From NCBI GenBank assembly GCA_964016885.1, contig CAXHJY010001469.1, positions 1-30,490 on the forward strand: 30,490 bases of DNA, given 5' to 3'. Below are positions 24,576 through 30,490 of this stretch, piece after piece (the stretch's first letter is position 1; every line of letters starts with the position of its first letter). Under the pieces are notes generated by a model. The model saw only the letters and a list, made by a program, of their open reading frames with translations, was not told where the DNA came from and made no database searches. This stretch comes from Eledone cirrhosa (taxonomy: Eukaryota). Position numbers and translations under genes: made by a program.

Positions 24576-25051
24576 AATAAATATATATATATATATATAA
24601 ATATAAATATATAAATATAAATAAATATATATATAAATAAATATATATATAAATATAAATATATAAATATAAATAAATATATATATATATATATATAAAT
24701 ATATAAATATATATAAATACAAATATAAATACATATATATATATATAAATACATATACATATATATATAAATACATATACATATATATATATAAATACAT
24801 ATATATATATATAAATACATATATATATATATAAATACATATATATATATATAAATACATATATATATAAATACATATATATAAATACATATACATATAT
24901 ATAAATACATATACATATATATAAATACATATACATATATATATATATATCTATACATATACATATATATAAATACATATACATATATATAAATACATAT
25001 ACATATATATAAATACATATACATATACATAAATACACATATACATATATA
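21441..25051. repeat. (TA)n/(TAAA) microsatellite array, shifting to TAAATACA variants after ~24715
   Basis: Visible simple repeat, interrupted only at 23458-23557. Confidence 0.97.
23458..23557 (-). mobile_element. ~100-bp RTE 3' tail inserted in (TA)n
   Basis: catcatc..cgtttaacgtccgtgttccacgcttgcatgggtttggacg is shared with the copies at 20114 and 28818. Confidence 0.9.
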
Positions 25052-25206
25052 AATATTGTTATACTTTGGGAGGGTCATGTTGCCAATAAGAAACACACGC
25101 ACCAGTTGCTTTCACTTAAATTTATTATATATCTATAAATTTATAAATTTACAAATCTACAAATTTCTGGTTGGTTGGTTCCACAACCAGATAGTTGTTT
25201 ATATAT

Positions 25207-25251
25207 AGTCATAGTCCTTTCGTCACACACTCTGTGACCTCTTCAGTGACT
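25207..25251 (-). ncRNA. Type I minimal hammerhead ribozyme HHR4
   Basis: aguca CUGAAGA g gucac agagugu gugac GAA AG ga CU A ugacu, located ~200 nt downstream of the PLE-4 stop on the same strand. Confidence 0.82.
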
Positions 25252-25448
25252 GGGGATTCCTTTCTTTGTTTCTGTGCCTTTCCTTTCTTGTCCTACGCCA
25301 TTTTGTTTCCGTGTGTGTGTTGTGTGCTCAGTTTGCGCCACATCCGGGTGTCTGTGTGTGTTTGCGTTCATTTATCTATTTGTTTATTTATTTATTTACA
25401 TGTTGGTTGGTTGTTTGTTCTATGTGTGTGTGTGTTTTCATTTTGTCC

Positions 25449-26940
25449 TTAATTGTAAGTTGTGATGTTGCTGTTCCACTCATATTTTCTATTTAATTTT
25501 GGTTGTAATTCTTTTATGTTTACTGCCTCTGTAATTTGTCTAAACATTGCATCTTTTCTGTGTGTAGATTCTATTTTTATTTCTATGTTCTCTAATTTAC
25601 CCTTGTGTTCTATCTTAGCATGTTGGTAGAGTACAGATGATTCTTTATTATCTTGAAGGTCTCGCCAGTGTTCATTTATCCGTTCCCCTATACTACGAGC
25701 TGTCTCACCTATGTACACTATATTTTTGTTTCTACATTGTCCTTCAGTACATCTTATGCTATACACTACATTTCTAGTTTTACAGTTAATATGGGGGCTT
25801 ATTTTACAGGTTATACATTTCTTATCTATACATGAGGGTCTTTGGAACGGGTATGTCTTGCTAATAAGTGTTTTTACGGAGGTACCTGGTCTTTCTACTA
25901 TCTTAATATTGAGTTTATGTTTATTTAGGGCCCTTCTGAATTTGTAGGCTAGTTCGCCTCTAGGGGTTGTATCGATGAACATTACACTGGTATTTATTGC
26001 TATCATACCATGAGTTTATTCTATTGGCCTTGTTCCTAGTTCTTTCTATTCTATTCCAAAATTTGCTCCTATACAAGGGGCAGGTCCCATTTATGTCATT
26101 TACCATTTTTTCCCCATTTGGTTCTGGCTCCTCTATACACTCTGATTCTAGCCAGAGAACTGCATACGGTGGATGAAGTGTTGTATGTGTCTCTCTAGTT
26201 CTTCGGGGTTGCACATGCGGGACACGTTTCTCATCACCCGTACCAAATCCGCAATCAGTATGCTGATTTTGGTATGGTCCGAAATGGCCGAGTTTCGGTG
26301 GATCAGATGTTTGGAAGTCATGGGTTTGGCATAATGGGAATGGAGGATTTGTTTTGTTGTTAATGGTATCTATAACCAGAGCTCTGTGTCTAGTACAGGT
26401 AATCGATGGTTGGGGTGTCTACTTGGGTAGTCTATAGTAACTCTAATGCTCTGGTGGATGGAGTTTGCTATTTGCTGGATGCTTTCCATTGTGTTTTTCT
26501 CTAGTTCCTGACTGTTCTCTAGTGGGGGTGTCTTAACTACGATGTTTATATCATCTACGTAGCGGGAGTACATTATCAGGGTTAAGCTGTCTTCTAATTG
26601 TTCTTTAAGTTTAAGTTTAAGTCTACTGTCCCACCATACCATGAATAAGTTAGCTATGTCGCCTGCAATGCTAACACCAATGCTGCTCCTTCCTCTTGGG
26701 CATATGTTTTACCATTAAATTGAACATATGTTCCTTAAGGGTTAATTTTATGCTGGCCCCTACCGCATGTGCAATCATTTTCTTCAGTTCATCGTGGTTT
26801 TCGGGTGTCCGTATGGCTCTTGGTCCACCGTTCCATCTATCTGTGTGGGTTTTCTTGGCCATTGAGGTAATGGTAGGTGGTCTGCCTCTTGCTGGTCTTG
26901 TAGGGCACAGGTTGCTAACGTCATAAGTGTCTAGGTAACT
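25449..26940 (-). pseudogene. PLE reverse transcriptase-GIY-YIG ORF, disrupted
   Basis: Assembled from track ORF pieces 26671-, 26370-26642, 25960-26214 and 25449-26006. Confidence 0.92.
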
Positions 26941-26945
26941 ATTAC

Positions 26946-27385
26946 TATATATATAAATACATATATATATAAATACATATACATGTATATATATATATAT
27001 AAATACATATATATATATATATAAATACATATACATGTATATATATATATATATAAATACATATATATATATATATAAATACATATATATATATATATAA
27101 ATACATATACATGTATATATATATATATATAAATACATATATATATATATATAAATACATATACATGTATATATATATATATAAATACATATACATGTAT
27201 ATATATATATATAAATACATATACATGTATTTATATATATATATAAATACATATACATGTATTTATATATATATATATAAATACATATACATGTATTTAT
27301 ATATATATATAAATACATATACATGTATATGTATTTATATATATATACATGTATATGTATATGTACATATACATACATACACATA
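26946..27385. repeat. TA-derived minisatellite, (TA)n-AATACATATACATG units
   Basis: Recurrent taaatacatatacatgta units. Confidence 0.9.
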
Positions 27386-27387
27386 TG

Positions 27388-27698
27388 TCGACCGCCCATG
27401 GTACAAGTTGAAGCATATAGACAATATGCCCCACAGCAAGGAGGTCCTGGAGGTGCCACGGCAAAAAAGCACCCAGCCCACACTGTAAAGTGGACGTGTA
27501 GGCGCCACGAAAAAGCACCCAGCACTCACTGTAAATGAGGTTGGTGTTAGGAATGGCATCCAGCTGTAGAAATCAAGCCAAATCAGTTCCTGTATGAGCA
27601 AGACAAGGTCATCCAACCAGACACTGCCACAACAGGACAACCCATCTAACCCATGCTAGTGTGGAAGAACGGACGTAAAACGGTGATGATGATGATGA
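27388..27698 (+). mobile_element. RTE 3' UTR with (TGA)n tail, a different subfamily
   Basis: ggttggtgttaggaatggcatccagctgtagaaa...cccatgctagtgtggaagaacggacgtaaaacggtgatgatgatgat is the reverse-complement homolog of the other RTE tails. Confidence 0.88.
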
Positions 27699-28415
27699 TA
27701 CAGACGTACAGTAGTATGTATATATATTCACACATGCACGTATCGGTTTACCAAACATTTATTATAATGCTCGGTTTGTTTGTTTGTAAACAAACAAAAT
27801 GTTCTGTAAACCGATACGTGCATGTATATATGTGCGCATGTGTGTATATATATATATATACATATTACAGTACGTCTGTATACATATATGTATGTACGTA
27901 TGCATACATACATACTTACATTTAAGCAAGTGCCGTACTAAGAGTGAGAAATGAAATTTCGTTTCATTCCCTTCCATTTATCGTTTTCGGTGTGCCCGAC
28001 TGAACTCACTCGGTATGCAAATTAGGCTGCTCAGCCATTAATATGCATAAGGAAAGTATATACTAACAGACGTTCAACCATCTGGCAGGAAGGTAAACGA
28101 TGCTGACGATAGCTAATAAGCTTGAAACTAGTACATCGGTCCTGTGTCAGTGTTGAACAAAAAGGTAACGTGGTTGCCTAAACACTGTTCGGCGTAATTC
28201 GGGCTGTTTTGTTTGTTTACGAACAACCAAACCGAGCATTATAATAAATGTTCGGTAAACGATATGTACATGTATATATGTGTGCATGTGTGTATATATA
28301 TACATACTACTGTACGTCTGTATACATATATGTATGTACGTATACATACATACTTACATTTAAATAAGTGCCGTACTAAGAGTGAGAAATGAAATTTTGT
28401 TTCATTCTATTCCAT
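27698..28415 (+). mobile_element. Non-coding hammerhead-bearing element (retrozyme-like or non-autonomous PLE): ~1.4 tandem units of ~445 nt plus a 5' inverted piece
   Basis: Direct repeat 27797-27977 / 28246-28415; 27698-27800 is the reverse complement of ~28206-28323; HHR5 lies between the direct repeats; no credible ORF; ends in (TA)n. Confidence 0.65.
28082..28150 (+). ncRNA. Type I hammerhead ribozyme HHR5 (core 28098-28138)
   Basis: cgaug CUGACGA u agcu aaua agcu u GAA AC ua GU A caucg. GUA triplet at 28131-28133, palindromic stem III ACUAGU, and stem I extended by cagga/uccug beyond an internal loop. Confidence 0.85.
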
Positions 28416-28509
28416 ATATATATATATATACATACATATATATATATATACATACATATATATATATATATACATACATATATATATATATATACATATA
28501 TATACATAC

Positions 28510-28588
<79 letters not shown>

Positions 28589-28593
28589 CATAC

Positions 28594-28626
<33 letters not shown>

Positions 28627-28657
28627 CATACATATATATATACATACATATATATAC

Positions 28658-28696
<39 letters not shown>

Positions 28697-28817
28697 CATA
28701 CATATATATATACATACATATATATATACATACATATATATATACATACATATATATATATATATACATACATATACATACATATATATATACATACATA
28801 TATATATATATACATAC
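28416..28817. repeat. (TA)n/(TACA) microsatellite
   Basis: Visible simple repeat. Confidence 0.95.
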
Positions 28818-29093
28818 ATCATCATCATCATGTTTAGCGTCCGTGTTCCACGCTTGCATGGGTTTGGACGGGGGTTTTCCACTTGAGGCAAGAGTGGTTG
28901 TCTTGCTCGCATAGGACTGTCTGGCGGGTTTTCTACAGTTGGATGCCCTTCCTAACACCAACCACATTTACAGTGTGGGGCTGGGAGGTTTTTACCGTGT
29001 TGCCTACACGGCCACATTACAGCGTGGACTGTCTGGCGGGTTTTCTACAGCTGGATGCCCTTCCTAACACCAACCACATTTACAGTGTGGGGC

Positions 29094-29094
<1 letters not shown>
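28818..29094 (-). mobile_element. RTE 3' UTR fragment with an internal direct duplication
   Basis: Same tail as at 23458; 28914-28982 is repeated at 29026-29094 (112-bp period). Confidence 0.9.
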
Positions 29095-29620
<526 letters not shown>

Positions 29621-30490
29621 AACTTTGAAATGTTTTGGCCAGTATTGGCCCAGGCCATGTCTAACTTAATAGCACCACCTGGCGAAGTCTTTCAATTCAG
29701 GATTTGGGCACCATGGCCCATTCGAGAAGAGAATTACTGTTTGCGGAGACATATCCGGGTGTGGGTGGTTTGTCCGGGATTACTTGGAGGAATTTGTCCA
29801 AAGACTTCTTGAATTTTGTGTGGTCAGTTTCTGTTTTGACGTGTCCTGGTGTGATGTTGAAGAGAGCAGGGCCGATTGAGGTGAAATAATTGTGCCGTAT
29901 TGTTGTTATGAGTTGCGATTTAGATTTTTGAATGGGACGGATAGCACGGGGCCCAAGCCTTGGGTGTATCTTGAAGGCGATGCCAACATCATTTGGGCAG
30001 TGATGATGGAACATTTTCCACATCATGCAGATAATATAACGCTCACGGCGACGTTGGAGTGAGTAAAGTTTCAGGTTTTCTAATCGACCCCAGTAGTCAA
30101 GGTCTGACATGCCATCTATCTTTTTGGTGATTGCCCTTTGAGGAGTTTCAAGTTTCATGATACTTTGTTTCGTGTGGGGAGACCACAGTGGACAACAGTA
30201 TTCAAGGTGTGGTCGGGCAAAAGTAGAGAAGAGAAGGATAATGGTGCGGGAATCTCTCGACTGGAAGGTTCTGAGGATCCAGGAACACATTCTGCGGGCC
30301 ATGTCAACTTTGCTGCTTATATGCGTGGTCCAGCTTATGTTGCTGTCCACGGTTACTCCCAAGTCTCTGATGTTGTTAGATGCCACGAGAGTTTCCCCGG
30401 AGGGAAGGGAGTACGGGAGTTTCAGAGCATCCTCTTTTCCAAAGTGGATCAGTTCGAATTTGTCTTCGTTCAGTAACATGTTGTTCTTTT
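29621..30490 (-). mobile_element. CR1-group LINE 3' end: open RT C-terminal ORF (stop at 29697) and short 3' UTR; continues beyond the window
   Basis: [81 protein letters not shown]; no stop in 260 codons. Confidence 0.93.

Larger units (their letters stand above)
25052..26945 (-). mobile_element. 5'-truncated Penelope-like element (PLE-4, tentatively Naiad-like): degenerate RT, GIY-YIG and 3' UTR with hammerhead
   Basis: RT motifs IAGDIANLFMVWWD, YSRYVDD, LPVLD and HYAKPM; endonuclease C..C..C..C.TRNVVYSIRC..C..YIGETARSIGERINEH..QH..EH..RQITEAVNI..LNRKYEW. Several frameshifts and TAG stops; TA-rich arrays on both sides. Confidence 0.93.

Noticed and set aside
25449-26940. Selenocysteine recoding in the Naiad-like ORF
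   Set aside because: The zinc-binding positions are ordinary Cys codons and the stops I read are TAG or frameshifts, not UGA at Cys positions.

Overview
Gene-free, repeat-saturated animal genomic DNA, most likely octopus or another cephalopod (inferred from the SINE and RTE 3' ends; no search was run). Roughly half of the window is degenerate (TA)n-derived microsatellite, and nearly all long ORFs in the track (YIYM/IYIY-type) are translation artefacts. The rest is nested mobile-element debris: at least four Penelope-like retroelement (PLE) remnants, RTE, CR1 and HERO-like LINE fragments, tRNA-type SINEs, a Helitron-like 5' end, a MITE, a possible Kolobok-like end and a ~650-bp spacerless palindrome. 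The main unannotated signal is five different type I minimal hammerhead ribozymes (plus one mutated duplicate), each read by eye as stem I-CUGANGA-stem II-GAAA-short stem III-NUH-stem I'. Two of the PLEs have an inverted pseudo-LTR architecture and end in (TA)n. One hammerhead (28098-28138) lies in a non-coding ~445-nt partial-tandem unit that resembles a retrozyme or non-autonomous PLE. No host gene was recognised.
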